A DNA stretch of 60,043 nucleotides from positions 1 through 60,043 of the IMG/VR virus record IMGVR_UViG_3300018035_000100, one strand, 5' to 3'. The notes beneath the pieces were generated by a model. It made no database searches and was not told the DNA's origin. It saw nothing but the letters and a program-made list of their open reading frames with translations. The position numbers were made by a program, and so were the translations under genes. Each line of letters opens with the position of its first letter. Position 1 is the first letter of the stretch. This DNA is from a virus (taxonomy: Duplodnaviria; Caudoviricetes). Below are positions 48,127 to 56,657 of this stretch, one piece after another.

Positions 48127-48543
48127 ATGACTCGATTAAACAGATTTCAACTTGTAAGAAAAAATCGAGGGGGTATTTCTTCTGTTAAACCTATATCGGT
48201 TGCTTATAGATTTAAATCTTCTATTAGTATAAACACAGTATGTTCTTATATGAAGAAATGCATTCAAGAAGATGTTTTATTTGATTCATCAAATATTGAT
48301 ATAGGAATTTTAGATTCAGCCATACGAAAAATTTTAGATGAATTTAAAGTACCAATTTTAGTTGATGACACAAATGCTCTTATATTCTCTGCTTCTTATG
48401 GGATTGATCATTTATGTTCTTTTTCAAATTTTGATAAAAATAAATCGATTATAATTTTATGGAATTTAAAATCTGAAGACCTCTCCCGTTTGGGAGTAGG
48501 ACCCTCCAACATCTTTTTGAGGATTATCCGCAATGACAATTGA
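48127..48543 (+). CDS. hypothetical protein
   Basis: Translationally coupled ORF. Confidence 0.5.
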   Translation: MTRLNRFQLVRKNRGGISSVKPISVAYRFKSSISINTVCSYMKKCIQEDVLFDSSNIDIGILDSAIRKILDEFKVPILVDDTNALIFSASYGIDHLCSFSNFDKNKSIIILWNLKSEDLSRLGVGPSNIFLRIIRNDN

Positions 48544-48724
48544 AGAGGATATCAATATTTTATTAAATGATATTAAAGAATTACGTAAATCAAAATCTGG
48601 GTCCTTGGAATATCGTAATAAAATATTAGAATTGGATAAATTACGTCGTAAACAAACTCGCTTAGGAAATAAAAAGAAGAAAAACAAATCTACAGAATGG
48701 GGGGATAGAAATGCAAAATCTTAA
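48533..48724 (+). CDS. small basic hypothetical protein
   Basis: Overlaps its neighbours; GAGG RBS. Confidence 0.45.
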   Translation: MTIEEDINILLNDIKELRKSKSGSLEYRNKILELDKLRRKQTRLGNKKKKNKSTEWGDRNAKS

Positions 48725-48941
48725 AGATTTGATTTATATTAAGAACCATCTTTTAACTTTAGAAGAACGTTTTGAACTTTTAAATATTGCCAATCGAGAA
48801 GATTGGGTTGAAGGATTGATTGACTATATTATCGCGCAAAATTACACTTCTTATACTAATAAAGAATTTGAGTCTATAAAAGAAGAAAATGAAAGATTAA
48901 AAGAGATAATTGATGATGCAAGAAATACTTTGGACCGATAA
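48711..48941 (+). CDS. small coiled-coil hypothetical protein
   Basis: ORF abutting thyX. Confidence 0.5.
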   Translation: MQNLKDLIYIKNHLLTLEERFELLNIANREDWVEGLIDYIIAQNYTSYTNKEFESIKEENERLKEIIDDARNTLDR

Positions 48942-49568
48942 ATGAAAGTCATTAAACCAAGTTTTTCTATTCTTGGAAATCCTGATGGGGAAAAAATATT
49001 GCAATTTATAGAAATTGCAGGTCGAGTATGCTATAAATCAGAAGCTAAAATAACCCATGAATCTTCCAAAACTTTTGTATTGAACCTTATTAAAAATAAG
49101 CACGAATCAGTGCTTGAACATCAATCTATTTCGGTAAAAATAATATGTGATTGTGGAATATCAAAAGAAATTACACGACATCGTATTGCAAGTTTTTCTC
49201 AATTATCAACTCGATATTACAATTTTTCTAAAGAAAAAAACATAGAATTTATAAAACCTTGCTATTGGAATGAAGGTACTACTTCTTATAATGTTTGGGA
49301 AAATATTTGTATTGAAGCTGAACGAGCGTATTTCTTTTTAATAAAAAACGGATCTACTCCCCAAGAAGCCCGGTCTGTGTTGCCTAGCTCGCTGAAGACT
49401 GAACTAATAATGACCGCAAATTTAAGAGAATGGCGGCATTTTTTTAATGTTAGAGCCGCAGGAATAGTGGGAAAGCCACACCCTCAAATGTTAGAAATAA
49501 CTATTCCTATGTTAAGGGAATTCAAAAATATTATACCAATTATATTTGATGATATATTAACTACTTAA
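48942..49568 (+). CDS. thyX: FAD-dependent thymidylate synthase
   Basis: AGRVCYKS, HESVLEH, RHRIASFSQLSTRY, EARSVLP, NLREWRHF. Confidence 0.95.
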   Translation: MKVIKPSFSILGNPDGEKILQFIEIAGRVCYKSEAKITHESSKTFVLNLIKNKHESVLEHQSISVKIICDCGISKEITRHRIASFSQLSTRYYNFSKEKNIEFIKPCYWNEGTTSYNVWENICIEAERAYFFLIKNGSTPQEARSVLPSSLKTELIMTANLREWRHFFNVRAAGIVGKPHPQMLEITIPMLREFKNIIPIIFDDILTT

Positions 49569-49592
49569 AATTTAGTGAGTTTTTATCTAATT

Positions 49593-49715
49593 ATGAAATT
49601 TATTGATTTTAAAAAAGGTGATTTAATTATTTTTGAGGGTTCTATTTGTACAGAGATTTTAGAATATAATGATAGATATTCTACATATTTTGAATTATTA
49701 GAAAATAATGAATAA
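49593..49715 (+). CDS. 40-aa ORF, possible internally deleted member of the C-terminal motif family
   Basis: MKFIDFKKGDLIIFEG...YFELLENNE. Confidence 0.4.
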   Translation: MKFIDFKKGDLIIFEGSICTEILEYNDRYSTYFELLENNE

Positions 49716-50112
49716 AGATAACACAAAAAAATTGTTTGATAAATATCCTAAAATTTTTGCAGACAAACCTGGTCCAGAGTATCTAATATCCCCATGTCAA
49801 TATTATGGGATCGAGTGTGGAGATGGATGGTATAATATTATTGACGCATTGTGTTGTTCCATCCAGCATCATATCGATATTACAAAATGCCAACAAGTTA
49901 TTGTAGAACAAATAAAGGAAAAGTTTGGAGAACTTAGATTTTATATTCAAGGTGGAGACGATACTGTACGGGATTTGATATCTTTTGCAGAAATATTATC
50001 TATAAAAACTTGTGAAATATGTGGGAGCCCTGGAATAACCCGAAATAAGCAGTGGATACAAACTCTATGTAATAAATGCGAGACTTTAGAAGATGATACG
50101 TCAACAGAATAA
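49708..50112 (+). CDS. conserved phage hypothetical protein
   Basis: ECGDGW...QIKEKFGELRFY...TCEICG...TLC. Confidence 0.7.
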   Translation: MNKDNTKKLFDKYPKIFADKPGPEYLISPCQYYGIECGDGWYNIIDALCCSIQHHIDITKCQQVIVEQIKEKFGELRFYIQGGDDTVRDLISFAEILSIKTCEICGSPGITRNKQWIQTLCNKCETLEDDTSTE

Positions 50113-52735
50113 TAATATCTTCAATAAAGAATTTTTCCCCCCTATTTCTAATCCCCAAGAAAAAAATTATGGATTGAATGCGGAACAGTATTCCGCTATT
50201 TTATCTAGCCCAGTAACATATATCAATGCAAGTGCCGGGTCTGGAAAAACTAGATGTCTAATTGCTAAAATTCGTCTGCTTTTAGATTCTGGTACAAAAC
50301 CAGAAAATATTTGCGCTATCACATTTACGAATAAAGCAGCTAAAGAAATACTAGATCGGCTTTCTAAATATACTGATGTCTCAGCAATGCAAATATCAAC
50401 GATACATTCAATGTGTGTGAAAATTATTAAAAAATTTTTACACCATACTTATTTAAAATCACCTTTTTCTATTTACGATGATTCGGATTCGGAATCGATA
50501 ATCAGAACCGTTATTAAAGCAATGAAAAAAGACGAGTTAACTGTAGAAGAATGCTCAAAATTTATTAGTAAATTTAAAGAAGAAGGAATAAATGCATTAC
50601 AAGAATTTAATGGAAATGAACAAATTTTTATGGAGATTCTGAATAGATATCAGAAAATTTTACAAAAAAATAATGCTTGCGATTTTGATGACCTTTTAGT
50701 TTTAGCTTTAAATTGTTTAAAACAAGATGATTGTAGATATTATTTTACACATTTATGGACATCAATACTAGTTGATGAATTTCAAGATACTAGTACATGT
50801 CAATATGATATAATTAAATTATTATATGATCCAACTATAACAAAAGATATATTTGTTGTAGGAGATTTAAATCAATGCGTGACCGAACAAACAGTTATAG
50901 AAACTGAAAACGGGATAAAACAGTTTAAAGATTTTAATGAAAAAGACTGCATGATAAGATGTGCGACGGGATCTGGAAAAAGCGGAATGGGAAATATAAC
51001 TGGACGATACCAGAAATTTGTGGAAGATTTTCCAGTTATAACTGTAACAACAAAAGAAGGATTTACTTTAACTTCCTCCTATAACCACATTTATTTTGCA
51101 GGATTTAATAAATTATCGATGACAAAATCATTTTATGTGTATCTTATATATAAAAAAGATTTAGGCTATAGAATTGGATTAACAGGAGGGATGTTTAACG
51201 ATTTTACAGTAATATTAAATCAAAATCTGGGGGATGCTCTTTGGATCTTGGGAGTATTCAAAAAAGAAAAAGAAGCTAAATATCATGAATATTTTTATTC
51301 AATAAAATATGGGATTCCAACTTGGGCTTTTCAAATTTCTTATAGAAACCTTAATACAGGATACGATGACGAAAGTATAAAAAAACTATTTTTAAATATA
51401 GATACAAGAAAAAATGCACAAAAATTATTTGATAACTTATTTTTATCTACAGAATTTCCACATTACATATCTCAAGCAAAAAAAATAAATAAAATAGAAA
51501 GCGGAAAACTCACAGAATTTTCTTTAGCAAAAATTCCTGCATCAAATCTCATAATAGGAATGAGTTGTTTTATTTATAAAAACAATACTATAGAAATGGA
51601 TACGATAGTAAGTTTAAATAAAGATTTGTATACTGGATTTTTGTATGATATAGACGTAAACCATTCTCATAATTTTATAGGAAATGGAATTGTAACTCAT
51701 AATTCCATTTATGGGTGGAGATCAGCAAAACCAGAAAACGTACAAAAATATATAAAAGAATTCGGGGCGCAAACTCATTGGCTCACCTATAATTATAGAT
51801 CCTCTCCAGAAATATGTACTCATGCTTCTAAATTTTTACAGTTTGGACCTCCAATGGTCCCAAAAATAGTTTCTCCCGGAAAAGTATCAATTACAGTTTT
51901 TGAATCTTTTGAAGACGAAGCTAGAAAGATAACTGCAAATATATTTCAAAAAGGTAAAGAATATTATTCTGAAACTGCAATTATATATCGAATGAATTCA
52001 AGATCCTTGTTTTTTGAAAGAGAATTAACAAAAGCAAACATACCCCACAAAGTTGTTAATTCTTTACCATTTTACCAGCATAAAGTTATAAAAGATCTTT
52101 TGGCAGCCCTTAAAGCCTCTAATAATATGGAGGACCGAGAGAGTTTGGCTAGAATTATTAATAGGCCAAAAAGAGGCTTTGGTGATGCTAAAAAAGAACA
52201 ACTTTTATTACATGGTCAGGATTATATAAAAGAAATAAGAAAAGATCTTCCACATATCGATAATTTTTTACATATTTTAGAAGACATAAAAGGAAAGCGC
52301 CCTGCCGACGCCATCACGGAATATTTAAATAGAACGAAATATTTAGAAATTGTCGAAACAGATGACGATCGATCTTTAATTGATTCTTTACGAAATATAA
52401 TTTTAGAATATAATAATGTTGAAGAACTATTATTAGCCAGTACATTTTTAGAAAAAGAAAAGAAAAATGGAGTAACTTTAACAACAGCTCATGGAGCAAA
52501 AGGACTGGAATGGAAAAGAACTTTTGTTACATCCCTTGATTGTTGGCCCCACCCCAACTCTCTTGACATATTAGAGGAAAATCGACTTTACTATATGGCG
52601 ATTACTAGAGCACACGATTTTGTGAACATTAGCTATTCAAAAACCAGACCCTATAGAGGAACCATTATAGAGTGCTATCCCAGTAATCTATTCAAAAAAA
52701 GCTATAAAGAAATTTATGGCAGAGATTATAATTAA
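50093..52735 (+). CDS. uvrD: UvrD/PcrA SF1 helicase containing an intein
   Basis: ASAGSGKT, ITFTNKAA, VDEFQD, VGD.NQ|SIYGWR, NYRS, TAHGAKGLEW, YMAITRA. Confidence 0.93.
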   Translation: MIRQQNNNIFNKEFFPPISNPQEKNYGLNAEQYSAILSSPVTYINASAGSGKTRCLIAKIRLLLDSGTKPENICAITFTNKAAKEILDRLSKYTDVSAMQISTIHSMCVKIIKKFLHHTYLKSPFSIYDDSDSESIIRTVIKAMKKDELTVEECSKFISKFKEEGINALQEFNGNEQIFMEILNRYQKILQKNNACDFDDLLVLALNCLKQDDCRYYFTHLWTSILVDEFQDTSTCQYDIIKLLYDPTITKDIFVVGDLNQCVTEQTVIETENGIKQFKDFNEKDCMIRCATGSGKSGMGNITGRYQKFVEDFPVITVTTKEGFTLTSSYNHIYFAGFNKLSMTKSFYVYLIYKKDLGYRIGLTGGMFNDFTVILNQNLGDALWILGVFKKEKEAKYHEYFYSIKYGIPTWAFQISYRNLNTGYDDESIKKLFLNIDTRKNAQKLFDNLFLSTEFPHYISQAKKINKIESGKLTEFSLAKIPASNLIIGMSCFIYKNNTIEMDTIVSLNKDLYTGFLYDIDVNHSHNFIGNGIVTHNSIYGWRSAKPENVQKYIKEFGAQTHWLTYNYRSSPEICTHASKFLQFGPPMVPKIVSPGKVSITVFESFEDEARKITANIFQKGKEYYSETAIIYRMNSRSLFFERELTKANIPHKVVNSLPFYQHKVIKDLLAALKASNNMEDRESLARIINRPKRGFGDAKKEQLLLHGQDYIKEIRKDLPHIDNFLHILEDIKGKRPADAITEYLNRTKYLEIVETDDDRSLIDSLRNIILEYNNVEELLLASTFLEKEKKNGVTLTTAHGAKGLEWKRTFVTSLDCWPHPNSLDILEENRLYYMAITRAHDFVNISYSKTRPYRGTIIECYPSNLFKKSYKEIYGRDYN
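50876..51703 (+). mobile_element. intein (276 aa) in helicase motif III
   Basis: Begins CVTEQT, ends HNFIGNGIVTHN, +1 residue Ser; its removal restores VGDLNQSIYGWR. Confidence 0.92.
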
Positions 52736-52760
52736 GAAATTTATCCCGGCATTGAAATTA

Positions 52761-52774
52761 ATAATCCTTTAATA
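52761..52774 (+). promoter_or_regulatory. putative late-promoter motif ATAATCCTTTAATA
   Basis: Upstream of T/P-rich ORF 52813. Confidence 0.55.
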
Positions 52775-52812
52775 AATTATGGTTTCCGTACATTTAAACG
52801 GAGCCCAAAAAT

Positions 52813-53079
52813 ATGTCTGACGCAACAACCTACCAAACACCAATATCTATTGTGAGCCCTAGTGGTATAACTTATACACAAAATTATATTTATACTATTG
52901 ATTCTACAACCTTAGTTCCGATCCTAGGTGTCTCTACAACCTCTGTAACGACCCAGAACCCAGTTATTTCAGCACCAACCCCAGCACCCTATGGAACACC
53001 CCCAATTCAAGGCGGACAAGCTCCTATGGCTTTTACAGCGGGTCCTCAAGGCGATCTAACAACAGATACCGCAAACTAA
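52813..53079 (+). CDS. Thr/Pro-rich small protein, possibly virion-associated
   Basis: Composition like the structural proteins; late motif and GGAG upstream. Confidence 0.5.
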   Translation: MSDATTYQTPISIVSPSGITYTQNYIYTIDSTTLVPILGVSTTSVTTQNPVISAPTPAPYGTPPIQGGQAPMAFTAGPQGDLTTDTAN

Positions 53080-53081
53080 CT

Positions 53082-53246
53082 ATGACTTTCATAAAAGATA
53101 TCACATTTTTACTTGCTGGATTAACTATAGTAGGAATAATTGTAGGAGTAATAATTCAATACGGTTTTTTTTTGGGTATGGCAGTTGTAGCGTTAGTTTT
53201 AACAGTTTGTTCACCGTTTATAATCAAACATATCAAGGACTTATAG
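53082..53246 (+). CDS. small 2-TM membrane protein (holin-like size)
   Basis: Hand-translated 54 aa: MTFIKDITFLLAGLTIVGIIVGVIIQYGFFLGMAVVALVLTVCSPFIIKHIKDL. Confidence 0.45.
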   Translation: MTFIKDITFLLAGLTIVGIIVGVIIQYGFFLGMAVVALVLTVCSPFIIKHIKDL

Positions 53247-53553
53247 TTATAATTTTTATTCCCAAGTCCCGGGCCTTGGCCTCGCACACGGGACAGGGTC
53301 CTATCCGGGCCAAGGCCCCGGCCCTTCCCACTCTACATAATAATAAAGTTTTTAACGATTTTGGGTGTTCTTTCATTAGTGCCATTTCAGCATGAATTCC
53401 GCCCCCATGTCTATAAAATCTAGGACGATTTGTAGCGGTTGCAACTAATTCTCCGCGTTTATTAAACCCTAACGCTGAAATTTTATATCTACAAGATGAA
53501 GTCGCAGCTTTTTTGATTGCGATATTTATATGATTATGATGTAAACGTGACAT
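53233..53553 (-). CDS. zinc-dependent cytidine/dCMP-deaminase-fold protein
   Basis: IHAE...PCPVC catalytic motifs. Confidence 0.8.
   Translation of the reverse strand: MSRLHHNHINIAIKKAATSSCRYKISALGFNKRGELVATATNRPRFYRHGGGIHAEMALMKEHPKSLKTLLLCRVGRAGALARIGPCPVCEAKARDLGIKIITISP
53266..53323. repeat. compound 6-bp-periodic GC array
   Basis: GTCC CG GGCC TT GGCC; GGAC AG GGTC; GGCC AA GGCC CC GGCC. Confidence 0.65.
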
Positions 53554-53624
53554 AATAACGTACTTATTCCATTAAATAAATGATATAACCATAATCTTCG
53601 TTTATTAAATTTCATAGGTCTCTA

Positions 53625-54143
53625 TCAAGATTCTAAAATTTTATCCAATTCCAAATATAATTCTTCATCTTTGGTTATAGAGAGAAGATCTTTAACTTTA
53701 TCAAAATCCTTTTCTTTTTGTATAGAGACTACTGACAAAATCGCGGAAATTGAAGAATATCGATGGCCAGATAAAACTTCAGGTACATTTGGTCCCAGCG
53801 AAGTTGTAAACAACGGTAACCCACCAGTAGTTATAAGTAATCTTTCTACGTCCACATTGACATTTTCTTTTGAAAGAAGGTCATAAATATAAACACCCGT
53901 AAATAGATACTTCATTGCAGTTTCGTCACCAGAAAAGATGGTAGTATTCTTACACTTAAGAATTGAGAGTACAACAGTGAGTGAATTCGGCGTAACTTCT
54001 TTAATTGCCCCTCCATAACCAAGTTCAAAATAGAGTAAACTCCGCAATGCCTTGGCAATTGATGTAACGTGTTTCGCAGGACAATCGTTAAAGTGTTCTT
54101 CTCCACGGTCATTGTAACCTTCAATTGTAATCTGGCCTTTCAT
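53625..54143 (-). CDS. hypothetical protein
   Basis: AGGAGA RBS before MKGQ at 54143. Confidence 0.55.
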   Translation of the reverse strand: MKGQITIEGYNDRGEEHFNDCPAKHVTSIAKALRSLLYFELGYGGAIKEVTPNSLTVVLSILKCKNTTIFSGDETAMKYLFTGVYIYDLLSKENVNVDVERLLITTGGLPLFTTSLGPNVPEVLSGHRYSSISAILSVVSIQKEKDFDKVKDLLSITKDEELYLELDKILES

Positions 54144-54156
54144 AAATTCTCCTATT

Positions 54157-54480
54157 TTAATCTTTAATAAAAGAGCGGCATATTTCATCAATACCGTCGT
54201 TTGGTAATCCGAATTCGTCGTTCTTGCTTTTTAGATAATCCCTAATGACTTCAAAATTACTTCTTGGGTCCCCTTGCACTATGATAGAGCGAGCTTCCTC
54301 ATCCGTATCTGCAAAACCGAGAATTTTATACGTTACGGTCCCATCGTTCAATCTTATGATAGAATCTTCGGTTTCTTCCGCTCCCGCAGTTGTATAAAAC
54401 CTATTTCCTTCTTTTAAACCTTCCAAAACTACATATTGTTTTCGTGACATGTTAATTTGGTTTTTAAGGAGTCCTTTCAA
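54157..54480 (-). CDS. hypothetical protein (start may be 54450)
   Basis: ORF in the minus-strand operon. Confidence 0.5.
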   Translation of the reverse strand: MKGLLKNQINMSRKQYVVLEGLKEGNRFYTTAGAEETEDSIIRLNDGTVTYKILGFADTDEEARSIIVQGDPRSNFEVIRDYLKSKNDEFGLPNDGIDEICRSFIKD

Positions 54481-54496
54481 CTCCTGAGAGAAAAGA

Positions 54497-54838
54497 TTAT
54501 TTTGTTAAAAGTTCAAAAAATCTCTTGGATTTGTATGGATAATTACTATATAGAATTAAATCTTTAGGATTAATAATTTCTCCTTCTCGGTTTCTTGAGA
54601 TTTCGCACCATAATATGTCCCAATTCGAGTCTTCTTTAGCAATTGAGGCAATATTTAAAAAATTAAACATTAAAAATCGATCTCTTTTTCCCCGATTTTT
54701 TATTTTAAAATTATCAGGTATTTTCCATTGTGGATTTTTAGCAAAATTCACGACACTAATATCCACACATTCAACGATAACAAGCCGATCTCTGGTATGC
54801 TGTCGCAATAATATGTCGCCAATTTTAATGGGTTTCAT
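54497..54838 (-). CDS. small protein of the LILYSHW..K...F..LL C-terminal motif family
   Basis: Starts MKPIKIGDILL; ends DLILYSNYPYKSKRFFELLTK. Confidence 0.7.
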   Translation of the reverse strand: MKPIKIGDILLRQHTRDRLVIVECVDISVVNFAKNPQWKIPDNFKIKNRGKRDRFLMFNFLNIASIAKEDSNWDILWCEISRNREGEIINPKDLILYSNYPYKSKRFFELLTK

Positions 54839-55591
54839 TTAAAGACTACGTTTCAAATGGTCAAAAATTACTGCTATAAGACCTTTTTTCTGTTCATCTC
54901 GAAGTTCTTTTAAAACTGTATCATATAAGACACCCTTCGAAATATAAGTAAAATGTGCGTATTCTTGATCAGTTGTGGTTGTGTATTCCTTGACATATAC
55001 TTGTGCCGAATCGTTAAGCAGTCTATGATTCGGGCCTCCAACATAACATCTCAATGCTTCGTCAATTGCTTTGTGCATATTTACCGAAGATGTGTCTCCG
55101 TCTTTAATATTCATACGAACAAGTTGACTGAAATATATGCAGCCAATTCTGATCCCATCAGGTCCATATAATATTTCCGGTTTGTATTTAATTTTTAGCA
55201 TAGCACATATTGGAATTGCTGTTTGTGGCTCTACTTGCATTAGTCCCAAGGCCCCTTTATCTGAATGAGCAATAGGATTAAAATTAGACTCAATATGAGC
55301 CACTGAAGCATATGCTTGCCACGGGACATGATACTGTCTTGACATTGTATCAAAAACGGAAGCGCACATCGCTGCCATAGATGTATCAATATCATAAGCC
55401 GCGAGAATAGTATTTTGAATTATACATATTCGTGCCGCTTTCTCTTCGTGAGCGGAAAGTTTAGAATTAATTGATATTGTATAACCTATAAGTTTATAAG
55501 TTCCATAAGACAATCCAGCCAATAATAATATCAAAACTATGGTCAAAGTTTTATGGTGATGCTTTACTTTATCAAGTATTTGTCTATACAC
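54839..55591 (-). CDS. SLT-domain lytic transglycosylase with N-terminal TM anchor
   Basis: HIESNFNP.A.S..GALGLMQV; ALRCYVGG; hydrophobic N-terminal helix. Confidence 0.88.
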   Translation of the reverse strand: MYRQILDKVKHHHKTLTIVLILLLAGLSYGTYKLIGYTISINSKLSAHEEKAARICIIQNTILAAYDIDTSMAAMCASVFDTMSRQYHVPWQAYASVAHIESNFNPIAHSDKGALGLMQVEPQTAIPICAMLKIKYKPEILYGPDGIRIGCIYFSQLVRMNIKDGDTSSVNMHKAIDEALRCYVGGPNHRLLNDSAQVYVKEYTTTTDQEYAHFTYISKGVLYDTVLKELRDEQKKGLIAVIFDHLKRSL

Positions 55592-55768
55592 AATATTTGC
55601 TCCTTGTTATGGATTAAATCTACAAAAACTTCAAAAATGATCTTTTACTGTGGCCCTGAGGCTATATATGAAAACGACCTATTTATAGGTCGGAGAAGTC
55701 TAAAAACAGAAGATTTTAAAAATACAAAAAATATTAGAAGATAATTAAATTTTATACCCAGTTTATAG

Positions 55769-55782
55769 ATAATCTCCTAATA
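55769..55782 (+). promoter_or_regulatory. putative late-promoter motif ATAATCTCCTAATA
   Basis: 14 nt before the HNH ATG. Confidence 0.55.
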
Positions 55783-55796
55783 TTTTTTGTTATTAC

Positions 55797-56189
55797 ATGA
55801 AAAAATACAAAATAGACCCCGGTAGTGAAGTTATTTCTGGAAGTAGCGGAAAATTATATGTTACAACTACTCCAGACTATGAAGGCCCATCTGGTATTAA
55901 ACTAAAAGACCATGATAAAACATACGTTTACAAGCATATTCTTCTTTGTGAACAGAATAAATTACATCGGTATCTTTCAAAGGACGAAGATGTTCATCAC
56001 AAAGACGAAAATCCAAAAAATAATGCATTATCAAATCTTGAAGTTAAAACTCACGGTGAACATTCTCGAGGTCATGCTCTCAAGAAAAAGTTCTGGAAAA
56101 AAAGTCCTCGTACTAAACCCGGACAAAAAAGAAAAGCTGCTCAAAATGTAATTTCTAAATTTAGAAATATCCTATTAAATAATGATTAA
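55797..56189 (+). CDS. HNH (HNH_3-type) endonuclease
   Basis: YVYKH...EDVHHKDENPKNNALSNLEV...EHSRGH. Confidence 0.85.
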   Translation: MKKYKIDPGSEVISGSSGKLYVTTTPDYEGPSGIKLKDHDKTYVYKHILLCEQNKLHRYLSKDEDVHHKDENPKNNALSNLEVKTHGEHSRGHALKKKFWKKSPRTKPGQKRKAAQNVISKFRNILLNND

Positions 56190-56506
56190 ACGCGATCGAT
56201 TCCTATAGTTTTCCTATAAGTTTTTTCAGTTTGAAGACCCACGAGCGTGTCTCGAAGAGCACCTTTTTGAAAAACAAGAACAGTGGGAACCGCAGTAATA
56301 TTAAATCGCTCTGATAAACCTGGATTATCATCTACATTTACTTTAAACATTGAAACTTTATCGCTATCGACCAAAGAAGTATCAATACGATCTAAGATAG
56401 GACTCAATGTTTTACAGGGACCGCACCAAGAGGCCCAAAAATCTAGCACCACTGTCTCATTACTCGTAACATCTTGATCAAATGTTTTGTCTGTAGTTTC
56501 TTTCAT
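56186..56506 (-). CDS. trxA: thioredoxin
   Basis: DFWASWCGPCK, KVNVD, VPT. Confidence 0.95.
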   Translation of the reverse strand: MKETTDKTFDQDVTSNETVVLDFWASWCGPCKTLSPILDRIDTSLVDSDKVSMFKVNVDDNPGLSERFNITAVPTVLVFQKGALRDTLVGLQTEKTYRKTIGIDRV

Positions 56507-56570
56507 TTTTACTTTCCTTTCTTTAAGTTTAACACGCTTTTAAATTGATTATAACCTATCCCTTATTATA

Positions 56571-56599
56571 ATTATATAGTTTTATCACAAAAAAGTAAA
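56571..56599 (-). promoter_or_regulatory. sigma70-like promoter TTTACT-17-TATAAT
   Basis: Upstream of trxA; same -35 and T-run as the dnaJ promoter. Confidence 0.65.
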
Positions 56600-56629
56600 G
56601 AAGTTTTTTAAATCATAAATTTTCAATTA

Positions 56630-56643
56630 ATAATCTTTTTATA
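56630..56643 (+). promoter_or_regulatory. putative late-promoter motif ATAATCTTTTTATA
   Basis: 14 nt before the endonuclease ATG 56658. Confidence 0.5.
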
Positions 56644-56657
56644 AATATTTTAATTAT

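Noticed and set aside
44298-48941. Short R[FY]xL[LV] motif in three hypothetical proteins (SRYELL, NRFQLV, ERFELL)
   Set aside because: Too short and too variably positioned to distinguish from chance without a search.
12424-54838. DGR or integron-cassette origin for the shared C-terminal motif
   Set aside because: No reverse transcriptase or integrase in the window, no nucleotide-level repeat or attC-like site, and the differences are not adenine-specific.
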